Assembly (NCBI RefSeq): GCF_000018105.1
Contig: NC_009925.1
Span: forward strand, 3,960,001 to 3,992,000
Direction: 5' to 3'
Length of the DNA stretch: 32,000 nt
From: Acaryochloris marina MBIC11017
Lineage (GTDB): Bacteria > Cyanobacteriota > Cyanobacteriia > Thermosynechococcales > Thermosynechococcaceae
Within the stretch, counting starts at the first letter, position 1. Each line of letters starts with the position of its first letter. Shown here piece by piece: positions 18,038-26,755 of this stretch. The notes beneath the pieces were generated by a model. It was given only the letters and a program-made list of their open reading frames with translations, was not told the origin of the DNA and searched no databases. A program made the translations under genes and the position numbers.

Positions 18038-18778
18038 TTAGCCTGAACTGATAGAGTCCCACTGCCATAGGTGTAGATGTTGCAAGGGCGCTTGGGTTGC
18101 TACGGCTCCGGCAAAGTTAGGATCTGGGATAAGGTTACGCAGAAAGAGTTGATGGGGCTCCTCCTGCACCTCAATAGCAATACTGGTTTGATTTAATCCC
18201 TGAGCCACATTAATTTGATCGAGCACATGAGCAATGCTGCCACCCATTGCCTTCACACAAGCCTCTTTCCGGGTCCACAGTTGAAAAAAAGTATGACACT
18301 GCTGTTCTACAGGCTGTTGCAAGAGAATCTCGTGTTCTGCTACGGAAAAAAAACGTTGGCTGATATTTATATATCTAGCTTGTGGGTTCATCTGCTCAAT
18401 ATCAATACCTACTGCCGTCGCCTGAGTAATGGCAATTAACGCTAACTCATGGGAATGAGAAACGTTAAATTGCAGATTTAATGAATTGCAAGACGATACG
18501 AGTTGAGGCTTGCCATAATCTCCATAATCAAAGCGCAGGGTGTGACCGGGTATCTGCAAATATTGGCCCAATAAGCATCGTAGAGTTCCGCGGACCTGCA
18601 CATACTTGTCCTGATCTTGCGATCGCACAAACCGTTGGGCTCGCTGCTGCTCATCCCTAGAGAGTAAGTCCCACCAATGACTAGCTCCGTCTGTTCTTAA
18701 AGGGAGTCGCCAGATATGCAGTGTCTGGGGGGCAATCGGGGTGACTGTATGAGTGGGTATCCATTGACAATCGGACAT
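18038..18778 (-). CDS. Sfp/HetI-type 4'-phosphopantetheinyl transferase
   Basis: 246 aa. It has FNVSHS, the Mg-binding GIDIEQ, and the W/F-x-x-KE-A/S-x-x-K motif as LWTRKEACVKAMG. Confidence 0.85.
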   Translation of the reverse strand: MSDCQWIPTHTVTPIAPQTLHIWRLPLRTDGASHWWDLLSRDEQQRAQRFVRSQDQDKYVQVRGTLRCLLGQYLQIPGHTLRFDYGDYGKPQLVSSCNSLNLQFNVSHSHELALIAITQATAVGIDIEQMNPQARYINISQRFFSVAEHEILLQQPVEQQCHTFFQLWTRKEACVKAMGGSIAHVLDQINVAQGLNQTSIAIEVQEEPHQLFLRNLIPDPNFAGAVATQAPLQHLHLWQWDSISSG

Positions 18779-18871
18779 ATTCGTCGCTTTGATACTTTCC
18801 TCACCGCAGGTTTCAACCCGGCAAGGGTTGCGTCTACATCCCTTGCTAAAGTGAGAGACATAGTTTGAGAG

Positions 18872-19375
18872 ATGTATAAGGATACCGCACCCTTGTTAGA
18901 CGAAAAAGCCAAACGCACGTTGCTCCGCAACATTCCCCATCCCCTTAATATTTGTGGCGTCAAAGAAGGAGATGACGTCAACGGATTTACCCTGAGCTGG
19001 ATGACCCAAGCCTCCTTTAAACCTCCGCTGATTGTGATTGGGGTGCGCCAAGATTCTCGCTCCCACGCCATGATCAAAGCGAGCCAAGTTTTCGCTGTTA
19101 GCTTTTTAGAAGTGTCACAACAAGACTTAGCAGAGACCTTTTTTAAGCCTCAACAAAGAATCGGCGATAAATTTGGTGATGTTGAGTTTTACCTGGGTGA
19201 AGAAACTGGCTGCCCGATTATTGCCAGTGCCTTAGGCTTTGTAGAATGTCGTGTCCAAGGCAGTTTAGAAGAAGGCGATCATTCTATTTTTATGGGAGAA
19301 GTGATTGCTGCGGGCCAGCATCGTGATGGACAACCCCTATGGATGAAAGATACCCCCTGGAACTATGGTGGTTAA
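18872..19375 (+). CDS. Flavin reductase-like (DIM6/NTAB family) protein
   Basis: 167 aa. NGFTLSWMTQASFKPPLIVIGV, VFAVSFL and EGDHSIFMGEVIAAG match the flavin-reductase split-barrel pattern. Confidence 0.8.
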   Translation: MYKDTAPLLDEKAKRTLLRNIPHPLNICGVKEGDDVNGFTLSWMTQASFKPPLIVIGVRQDSRSHAMIKASQVFAVSFLEVSQQDLAETFFKPQQRIGDKFGDVEFYLGEETGCPIIASALGFVECRVQGSLEEGDHSIFMGEVIAAGQHRDGQPLWMKDTPWNYGG

Positions 19376-19507
19376 ACGCCCTGTCTACTTCCAATGCAGA
19401 GCAGGGCATACTAACCCCAGACAGATTCTCAAACATTCCTGAGATAGGATTTGAGTCAAGTATTGATAAGTTTTTCCTAGATATTGGTTGAGAGAGTGAA
19501 ATAAATA

Positions 19508-20083
19508 ATGTTGACATCTTCTCGGCGCTGGTTGACGCGCCTTCTGATTGGTTCTGTTATGACGTCTACCGCATTGGTCGCCACACTGCCGGGGCATACC
19601 CAATCAGCAGGAGACGTAATTCAAATTGGGGGGAGTGCCTCTGAGCAGTCCCGGTTCCAAAATTATTGGCAGAGGTTGATGAACCTCAACAGCCCACCAG
19701 AGACTGAGGAATCCGCTGACTCCGCCACTTCTTCTTTTGAAGAGAGCGATGTGGATCCGCAAGTTCTAGCAAAACAACTCAGTAAGAATTTACGGGTGTC
19801 TAATCTTCGCCTTGCTCCTATTATTCGTTTGAATGGTTCGTCCGAAGTTCAAGGGACCCTGACCAATGGCAATAAGAAATCAGTGACGGTATCTAGCGTC
19901 AATTTTGAAGTTGTTGATGGTACTGGCAAGCTAGTACAAACTGGAAGCGCTGTTCCTGCTCCTTCCACTCTATCTGCAGGTCAGTCTGTCACGTTTAAAG
20001 CTCAACTCTTAACAGTGCCTGCTAGTAGTAACTATAAAGTTCGGCTTACAAAACCTGCTTTTAATATTCAGGGTGGTGTGTAG
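19508..20083 (+). CDS. Exported hypothetical protein
   Basis: 191 aa. It has a signal peptide (RRWLTRLLIGSVMTSTALVATLPGHTQS) and an acidic linker. The C-terminal 90 aa or so look like a beta-sandwich (VQGTLTNGNKKSVTVSSVNFEVVDGTGKLV...GQSVTFKAQL). No family was assigned. Confidence 0.6.
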   Translation: MLTSSRRWLTRLLIGSVMTSTALVATLPGHTQSAGDVIQIGGSASEQSRFQNYWQRLMNLNSPPETEESADSATSSFEESDVDPQVLAKQLSKNLRVSNLRLAPIIRLNGSSEVQGTLTNGNKKSVTVSSVNFEVVDGTGKLVQTGSAVPAPSTLSAGQSVTFKAQLLTVPASSNYKVRLTKPAFNIQGGV

Positions 20084-20526
20084 TTTCTGACCTGTGAGAT
20101 GGGAGAGCCATGCTGGTTCCCAATGGCAATTCCAGATTTTACATCTGTGTCGCGATAAAATCGGGGCTACGGTTTGTTCCCAACTCCAATCACAGTTTTT
20201 GAAAGCGATCTAGGCAATCTAGGTCGCTTTCTATGATTTGGACAAGGTGACACAATCAAGATGTTAGCTACGGGCTGATGCTCAAATATTGGTGGTCTAG
20301 GTCTGATACGTTGCTCGTTATATAGCTGATCGCTGGTGCTTTTAAGTCAGCACTGCCCAGGTGTGACTGAATATTGCAGCCCACCCAGCAAAAATATTAT
20401 GGCTGCCTGTTATTCATTGGAGATTCATGTATTCGTTGGAGACTCGTGCAATAGTGTTATACGCCTACCTTTTCCCATGCTGTTGCCTCTAAACACATCT
20501 AATCTGGATCCTCTTACAATACGGTT

Positions 20527-20781
20527 ATGAACGCTTTTGATCCGACTCCACCCAACTGGACCAAGACCGCGACCCATGCCCATCATTTTGGCTGTCCGAG
20601 TTGTCGGGCGACCTGTTCAGAAGCTCAGGCTGTGTGGATCAATCGTCGGGCTCCGGTCATTACTGAAACCTATATGCGTAAGTGGCAAGAGTTCTACCAA
20701 TGTCAGTGCGGGCAGGCGTGGTGGGCGTGGAGCAGCGATCGTCCACCTTCAGATTTACATCCAAAAGAACATCCAGAATGA
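20527..20781 (+). CDS. Small Cys-rich (CxxC ... CxC) zinc-ribbon-like protein
   Basis: 84 aa with CPSC and CQC pairs and a Trp-rich segment (GQAWWAWSS). Its TGA stop (20779-20781) overlaps the ATG (20778-20780) of the next gene in an ATGA junction. Confidence 0.55.
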   Translation: MNAFDPTPPNWTKTATHAHHFGCPSCRATCSEAQAVWINRRAPVITETYMRKWQEFYQCQCGQAWWAWSSDRPPSDLHPKEHPE

Positions 20782-21542
20782 ACTGGCAAGAAATAGCTAA
20801 TAACTCGATTCTTATTCCTCCCCAACCCATTGCCTTAATTCATTTTTTGGGGGGTGCTTTTGTCGCTACTGCTCCGCAAGCAACCTACCGGAGACTTCTG
20901 GAAGGGCTAGCCAATCAGGGATATGCCGTCATTGCTACTCCCTTTCTCACCTCGGTTGACCATGCCGGTATTGCGGAAGAAGCGCTCCATCAATTTGAAG
21001 ACACGGTTGACCGTCTGCAAAGAACTGCTCGATTGCCCCAGTTTCTACCCATCTATGGCATCGGTCATAGTATGGGCTGTAAGCTCCACCTCCTGATTGG
21101 CAGTTTGTTTGAGGTTAAGCGAGCTGGGAATATCTTGATTTCCTTTAACAACGCTCCGATTGATAAGGCTATTCCCTTCGCTGACTTGATTACCCCCGCA
21201 GTGCCGATTGAATTTTCGCCCAACCCCACTCAAACCAACCGTTTAGTGGAACGACACTACCAAGTTCCTAGGAACTTACTGGTCAAGTTTTCTAATGACA
21301 CCCTAGATCAAACCTTGAGATTGTCAGGGTTGTTAGAACAGCGTTTTCCTGGCATGATTTCCATTCAGCGACTCGCAGGCAATCATCTGACGCCCCTAGG
21401 GCAAGATGTTCGTTGGCAGCCCGGAGACACGTTTACTCCTTTAGATGCGGTTGGGCAATGGTTTCGTCAAGAGCTATATAAAGATGTCAACCACCTTGAA
21501 AAAGCGATCTTGCGCTGGCTGGACCCGTTAAGCGTCATTTGA
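20778..21542 (+). CDS. DUF1350-family alpha/beta-hydrolase-fold protein
   Basis: I start it at the ATG at 20778 (MNWQEIANNSILIPPQPIALIHFLGGAFVATAPQATYRRLLE...). Nucleophile elbow GIGHSMGCKL. The track's longer 20682 start would add an Arg/Ser-rich extension overlapping the upstream ORF. Confidence 0.75.
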   Translation: MNWQEIANNSILIPPQPIALIHFLGGAFVATAPQATYRRLLEGLANQGYAVIATPFLTSVDHAGIAEEALHQFEDTVDRLQRTARLPQFLPIYGIGHSMGCKLHLLIGSLFEVKRAGNILISFNNAPIDKAIPFADLITPAVPIEFSPNPTQTNRLVERHYQVPRNLLVKFSNDTLDQTLRLSGLLEQRFPGMISIQRLAGNHLTPLGQDVRWQPGDTFTPLDAVGQWFRQELYKDVNHLEKAILRWLDPLSVI

Positions 21543-21741
21543 GTCAACAGTCCCAACGGTCTGTATTCCTGATGAGTATTTAGCGATAAGACCCAAGATA
21601 TCGCCATGGAATAGGGAATGCATAATTTGGGTATTGTGGTTTGAGATCGCACCCCTTTCACCAAAAATCAGCATAAACTCATTTGGTGAGTCCCAACCCC
21701 TGGCACAATAAAAACATCGGTGGGAAGGCGATAATTAGGCT

Positions 21742-22263
21742 ATGACCGTTGAAGAACTATTAAAGCGCTATGCCAATGGCGAACGAGATTTTAGTAAATC
21801 GAATTTATCAAAGCAGGATTTAAGCCTAGCTCAGCTCGATCATATTGTTTTACGAGATACCAATTTAAGCCATGCGGCCCTTCATGGGATCGATCTACTG
21901 TGTGCGAACTTATCCGCCGCCAATTTGTCGGCCGCTAAACTCATTGGGGCTAATCTGACAGGGGCAGACCTAACCAAAAGTAACTTGAGTAATTCTCTCT
22001 TGAGTGGCGCCATTTTAGTCGGAGCCTGTCTATCGAAGGCCAACTTGCAACGAGCCTCATTAAATTACAGCGATCTGAGTGGTGTCAATTTTAGAGATGC
22101 AGATCTACAGAACGCGAATTTTAAAGGCGCGAACCTGAGCGGTGCTGACTTCTTAGGTGCTAACTTAGAGCACATCGATCTAACCGACGCCATCTTGAAA
22201 GATACGATTATGCCGGATGGCAGTATTGCATCCTCATCTGCGGGTTTCGAAGATAACGGCTAG
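21742..22263 (+). CDS. Pentapeptide-repeat protein
   Basis: 173 aa with continuous A(D/N)LxX pentads (ANLSAANLSAAKLIGANLTGADLTKSNLSNSLLSGA...). Confidence 0.9.
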   Translation: MTVEELLKRYANGERDFSKSNLSKQDLSLAQLDHIVLRDTNLSHAALHGIDLLCANLSAANLSAAKLIGANLTGADLTKSNLSNSLLSGAILVGACLSKANLQRASLNYSDLSGVNFRDADLQNANFKGANLSGADFLGANLEHIDLTDAILKDTIMPDGSIASSSAGFEDNG

Positions 22264-22727
22264 CTCGAAGGGTTAATGCGCATGAGGGTTTGACCAAATT
22301 CAATAGGTTCTCCGTTTTCTACGAGAATCTCAACGATTTCGCCATTCACCTCAGCTTCTAGCTCATTCATTAACTTCATTGCTTCGATAATGCAGATGGT
22401 TTGCCCACGTCGGGCGGCATCCCCAACTTCTACAAAAGGCGGCTCATCGGGGGCGGGGGAACGATAAAACGTACCTACCATCGGAGAAATCACATCGACC
22501 CATTTCTTATCAGGTGCAGAAGGGGGAGAAGAGTCTGGAACTGCAGCTTCTAGTGCAGCGGCATCCATAACCATTGGCTGTGCGGTCGCAGAGGAGACCG
22601 TCGCTGTGGTTTGGTTTGCCTTATGGATAGTCAGCTCAAAATCATTACTTTTAAGGCTTAGCTCATCAATATCCGTTTGATTGAGAATTGCTAATAGTTC
22701 ACGGAGTTGGTTGAGATCAAATTCCAC
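22260..22727 (-). CDS. accB: Acetyl-CoA carboxylase biotin carboxyl carrier protein
   Basis: 155 aa with a GTG start, an Ala/Pro-rich hinge, and the biotinylation motif EAMKLMNE. It lies 15 nt downstream of efp. Confidence 0.93.
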   Translation of the reverse strand: MEFDLNQLRELLAILNQTDIDELSLKSNDFELTIHKANQTTATVSSATAQPMVMDAAALEAAVPDSSPPSAPDKKWVDVISPMVGTFYRSPAPDEPPFVEVGDAARRGQTICIIEAMKLMNELEAEVNGEIVEILVENGEPIEFGQTLMRINPSS

Positions 22728-22742
22728 CGTTGATGTTACTCC

Positions 22743-23300
22743 TTACTCTCGGCCTAGATAGGAGTCGTTGCGGGTATCCACTTTAATTCTTTCTCCTTCA
22801 GAAATAAATAAAGGGACCATCACCTGCGCTCCTGTTTCCACAATAGCTGGCTTGCTCCCCCCCGTTGCTGTGTCACCTTTCACACCTGGATCGGTTTGGG
22901 TGACTTCTAAAACGACTGATGTTGGCAACTCAACCTCTAAAACTTGCTCTCCCCATTGGATGACATTGACTTCCATGCCTTCTTTCAAGTATTTCACGCG
23001 AGTGCCAATTTGCTCTTGGCTCAGGCTAGCTTCTTCATAGCTTTCCATATCCATGAACACAAATTGGTCACCATCTTTATAGGTGTGCTGCATGACCCGC
23101 TTTTCCAAATTGGCTTGGGGAACGGTTTCTCCCGCTCGGAATGTCCGTTCTACGACACTGCCACTTTGGACATTCTTTAATTTTGTTCGCACGAATGCAG
23201 AGCCTTTACCAGGTTTGACATGGAGGAACTCTACAACTCGCCAGACTGAGCCATCAAGCTCAATTGACACACCTGTGCGAAAGTCATTACTGGAAATCAT
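22743..23300 (-). CDS. efp: Translation elongation factor P
   Basis: Starting at the internal ATG at 23300 gives 185 aa: [44 protein letters not shown]... This is the canonical EF-P N-terminus with the KPGKG loop. Confidence 0.95.
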   Translation of the reverse strand: MISSNDFRTGVSIELDGSVWRVVEFLHVKPGKGSAFVRTKLKNVQSGSVVERTFRAGETVPQANLEKRVMQHTYKDGDQFVFMDMESYEEASLSQEQIGTRVKYLKEGMEVNVIQWGEQVLEVELPTSVVLEVTQTDPGVKGDTATGGSKPAIVETGAQVMVPLFISEGERIKVDTRNDSYLGRE

Positions 23301-23491
23301 CGATTTTCGGCATGGGAAGAACAATCGGCAATTCATTTTACCGCCCAGGGGGGCTGTCTGGACGTCTAGTTCTCGCTCCCTGGGAAATAACAGGGAAAAA
23401 CTGGACTGGGATTAGTCTTACAGTGGGGATTATTGCTCAAAGAAATCAGCGGATCTTCAGTTTTGAAGCCTCAACGCAAGCCATTTGGCTA

Positions 23492-26400
23492 CTACTGGAA
23501 AACCCCTTGTTTAACAATGTTTTGTAAGGGCATCAGCCCAGCAATTAATCCTTTTCGGTCTAAGGGCTGCGATTCTATGGATTGCAGCACAATATTAATT
23601 TTGGTCAAGGTATCGACTAGATTCAGCAATACATTATGCTCAGAAAAGCCGGGTAATAGGTCCACCGCGCCATGGTCTATGACTCTTTGGTGTTCGGAAG
23701 GAGCAACTTGGGGTTGCTCGCCATTGGTAAACATCAACTTAAGGCGCGGGTGATGTTCTGAGCACCAGAGACAAAAATCTTCTAACTCTTTCAATACAAG
23801 ATTTTTATCCATTAAAAGTAAATCGGGGATTGCATAACCCATCTTTTGCATCTGTGTTAGGGTTTGCCTGACATCCTGTTCTGCAGGCTGCCATGTTACG
23901 GATACCCCTTGAGAGGTCAGTGCTGCTTGCCAGATTTCTCCTTGAAATTGGATGGACTGGGACATCATTACTGTCTTATCCGACTTGGAGATACCCAGAT
24001 GCCCCAAAGATAGATCCTCAGATTCAAAGGTGAGGGTTGTGGTTCCGATCGTGATGCGATCTCCCTCTTGTAGCAGAGTAGGGCGGGTAATGAGTTGACC
24101 ATTCACCACTACACCAACATGAGTAGCAAGATTGACCAAGTAATAATTCCCAGTGCCCATTAATTGCAACATGGCATGTTTGGAGGCAACATTAGGTTCA
24201 GCTAGCAAGATATCGCAACTTTGGCTGGTGCCAATGGTCCAAGATGTTTTGCCAACTAAGGGACGATAGGAATAGGCCGCGTTCACGCGCAACTTCAAAC
24301 GAGCCAGCGGTAACGTCGAAGGATCTTCAGGAGACGACTGATAATGATGAGCGAGTAAGTGTTCCATTGAACTGGCATCAATCGGCTTGGAGAAAAAATA
24401 CCCCTGAGCATATTGACAATTCATCGCTCTCAATTGAGCCGCTTGCTCAGCTGTCTCCACTCCTTCTGCCACAGCTCGCATTCCCAGATTTTGAGACAGC
24501 ATTGTGATGGTGTGGACGATCTGTAAATTCTCATGACTATCCATCGCACTTACAAATGAGCGATCAACTTTGAGAATATCGACAGGAAAACGATGTAAAT
24601 AGCTGAGAGAAGAATATCCCGTCCCAAAATCATCAATCCCCAGTTGAATTCCTAGGGCTTTAATTTCTAGCAATTTCGCAGCGGTGGCTTCAGCATTTTC
24701 CATAATGGCACTTTCTGTAATTTCCAGTTTCAAGCTCTGGGGGGCCAACCCTGTGGTGTGGAGAATGTCTTCAATTTGGGGAATTAGCCCAACTTCGGAA
24801 AATTGCTTGCTAGAGAAATTAACACTTACAAATAATGGAACCTCTAATGGGAATTGCGTTTGCCAGCGGCTGAGCTGTCGGCAAGCTTCCTGCAAGACCC
24901 ACCAGCTAATCGGCAAAATTAACCCTGTTTCCTCCGCAACTGGAATAAACTCTACCGGTGAAATTAACCCTCGTAAAGGATGGTGCCAGCGCAACAGTGC
25001 TTCAAAGCCAACAATTGCTGCTGTTTCTAAATGAAAAATGGGTTGGTAATGGAGTTGAAATTCTTGCCGCTCAATTGCCCGTCGTAGATCAACTTCTAGC
25101 TGTAGCTGTGCCGAAGCATTACTGTGCATGTCAGCGGTAAACACTTCCCACTGTGCTTTGCCTAAGGCCTTAGCGCGATACATGGCCGCATCAGCATTGT
25201 GCAGGAGTTGTTCAGGATCGTCATAGCCCATCGTACTTAGAGCAACGCCCGTACTAACGGTAATCAAAACCTCGCGGCCATTTAAATTAAATGGACAGTT
25301 CAATGACTGCTGAATGCGCCCGCAGACGAGTAGGGCATCACTTAAATCCTTAATTCCTTCTAGAAGAACGGTAAATTCGTCTCCCCCTAATCGTGCTAGG
25401 GTATCGCTTTCACGGACACAAGCCGTCAAGCGTTCTGCAATTTCGACCAGAAGCTGATCACCAGCTGCATGGCCTAGGCTGTCATTTACGACCTTAAATC
25501 GATCCAGATCGAGAAACAGTACTGCAAAAATCTGATCGGGGTGCCGTTTAACTCGCTTAATACAATACTCTAAGCGATCCATAAATAGGGATCGATTGGG
25601 TAATCCAGTTAGCTTGTCATAGAATGCATCATGTCTTAACTGTGTTTCAGCTTGCTTGAGCTTAGAAATATCTGTGATAAACCCTTCTAGTCCTAAGGCT
25701 TGCCCTTGTTTATCAAAGATGCCATTGCCTTGTTCTAGAAACCACTTCAATTGACCCGACTTTGTGCGAATCCGATACTCAACCGTATAAACCTGCTGTG
25801 TTGCGATTGCTGTGGTAATGGCGGCTGTTAGTTGAGGTAAGTCATCTGGATCGATCAGGGTATTGTAGGTAAGGTTGAACGTTCCTAATAGTTCTTCAGG
25901 AGCATATCCTGTGAGTGTAAGGCAGCCCTGGCTTAAGGATCGGCGAGACCATCCTAAATCACTGTTGCAGGTAAAAACTATACCGGGTAAAGAATCGATC
26001 AAAGACTGTAAATTATGACCTGGGACATCGCGATGAGTTCTCTCGGGATGATCTCCTGCTTTGGGCTTTTGAGTTTGTGCCGTGATAGGTGTAGAAACGC
26101 TCAGTTGTGTTGAAAAACTAGATGGTTCAATGTGCTGGGTTAGGAGTACAGCTTGGAAACAGTGATTCGTGTCCGATAAGGGAACGATGTGGAATGGGAC
26201 AAGCTGCTGCTGTTGGCCTGTCCTGGCTGCAAAGTTGGCTAAAGCTTCTTCCTGAATCGGTAAGTTAGAGATAATAGTTGCTAGATGATCGATATCTTCA
26301 GGGACTAAATAGTCATACAAAAAGTGTGGATATTTAGGTTGCTCGTCCTCTGAATTGAACACCAGTTGATGGTATGCATCATTTGCATACAAAACTTTAG

Positions 26401-26539
26401 GGCCCTTGGCTGCGTCAATGGCAGCTTCAATAATGAAGATGGCCCTATTGGCGTCGCATACAACTTTCTCTAATAACTCATGAGTGCTTAACTCATAAGC
26501 CTCAAATATTCCACTCTCCTGCTTTATCTGATTCCCCAC
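23492..26539 (-). CDS. Multidomain c-di-GMP signalling protein: PAS-like, PAS, GGDEF, EAL, FHA-like, receiver-like
   Basis: 1015 aa with a GTG start. The PAS domain spans about aa 175-295. GGDEF is intact (RLGGDEF, aa 383-389) with an RxxD I-site (RESD) 5 residues upstream. EAL signatures are FEALLRW, DDFGTGYSS, KVDRSF, EGVET and QGYFFSKP. An FHA-like module spans aa 748-838 and a receiver-like module aa 855-985. Confidence 0.9.
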   Translation of the reverse strand: MGNQIKQESGIFEAYELSTHELLEKVVCDANRAIFIIEAAIDAAKGPKVLYANDAYHQLVFNSEDEQPKYPHFLYDYLVPEDIDHLATIISNLPIQEEALANFAARTGQQQQLVPFHIVPLSDTNHCFQAVLLTQHIEPSSFSTQLSVSTPITAQTQKPKAGDHPERTHRDVPGHNLQSLIDSLPGIVFTCNSDLGWSRRSLSQGCLTLTGYAPEELLGTFNLTYNTLIDPDDLPQLTAAITTAIATQQVYTVEYRIRTKSGQLKWFLEQGNGIFDKQGQALGLEGFITDISKLKQAETQLRHDAFYDKLTGLPNRSLFMDRLEYCIKRVKRHPDQIFAVLFLDLDRFKVVNDSLGHAAGDQLLVEIAERLTACVRESDTLARLGGDEFTVLLEGIKDLSDALLVCGRIQQSLNCPFNLNGREVLITVSTGVALSTMGYDDPEQLLHNADAAMYRAKALGKAQWEVFTADMHSNASAQLQLEVDLRRAIERQEFQLHYQPIFHLETAAIVGFEALLRWHHPLRGLISPVEFIPVAEETGLILPISWWVLQEACRQLSRWQTQFPLEVPLFVSVNFSSKQFSEVGLIPQIEDILHTTGLAPQSLKLEITESAIMENAEATAAKLLEIKALGIQLGIDDFGTGYSSLSYLHRFPVDILKVDRSFVSAMDSHENLQIVHTITMLSQNLGMRAVAEGVETAEQAAQLRAMNCQYAQGYFFSKPIDASSMEHLLAHHYQSSPEDPSTLPLARLKLRVNAAYSYRPLVGKTSWTIGTSQSCDILLAEPNVASKHAMLQLMGTGNYYLVNLATHVGVVVNGQLITRPTLLQEGDRITIGTTTLTFESEDLSLGHLGISKSDKTVMMSQSIQFQGEIWQAALTSQGVSVTWQPAEQDVRQTLTQMQKMGYAIPDLLLMDKNLVLKELEDFCLWCSEHHPRLKLMFTNGEQPQVAPSEHQRVIDHGAVDLLPGFSEHNVLLNLVDTLTKINIVLQSIESQPLDRKGLIAGLMPLQNIVKQGVFQ

Positions 26540-26755
26540 GGAATTACCTAACTTATTATCTGCGCCTTCTACCCTGTTTCTATAGTTCCCTAATCTTGAA
26601 ACAGATCCTTCTTGATCTGGTATTTTTTTTGGAGATATAAAAAATCTAAAGTATCCTTACACGATCTTGAATCTATTGAAGAATTCGAATAATTAAGCTA
26701 GTAAATTACAATAGACAGATTGACCATTGTCAATAGTTTGAAATAGGTTCAGTTT

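Noticed and set aside
18697-19077. 126-aa minus-strand ORF spanning the PPTase/flavin reductase divergent region
   Set aside because: It overlaps both motif-bearing genes and has no motifs of its own. I treat it as an antisense or alternative-frame artefact.
20116-20200. Possible degenerate CRISPR array
   Set aside because: There are only two copies, they share 19 of 25 positions, there are no cas genes in the window, and the repeat does not form a palindromic stem. This is too little to call a CRISPR.
20682-20777. Longer N-terminal extension of the DUF1350 gene, and the 20537-20800 ORF
   Set aside because: The extension is Arg/Ser/Val-rich and overlaps the better-looking Cys-rich ORF in another frame. 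The ATG at 20778 forms a classic ATGA coupling junction and begins the conserved-looking sequence.
5383-26539. Functional link between the Hanks-type kinase (5383-7332) and the FHA-like module of the c-di-GMP protein
   Set aside because: The genes are 16 kb apart with unrelated housekeeping genes between them. The FHA-like module appears to lack the pThr-binding Arg/Ser/Asn residues. Co-occurrence in one window is not evidence of a link.
26540-26755. ATTGAC-CATT-GTCAAT inverted repeat and A/T-only hairpins between the REC-HK and GGDEF-EAL genes, as a terminator or operator
   Set aside because: The stems are only 6 bp or purely A/T, and there is no flanking U-tract in the transcribed orientation. 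The support is insufficient.
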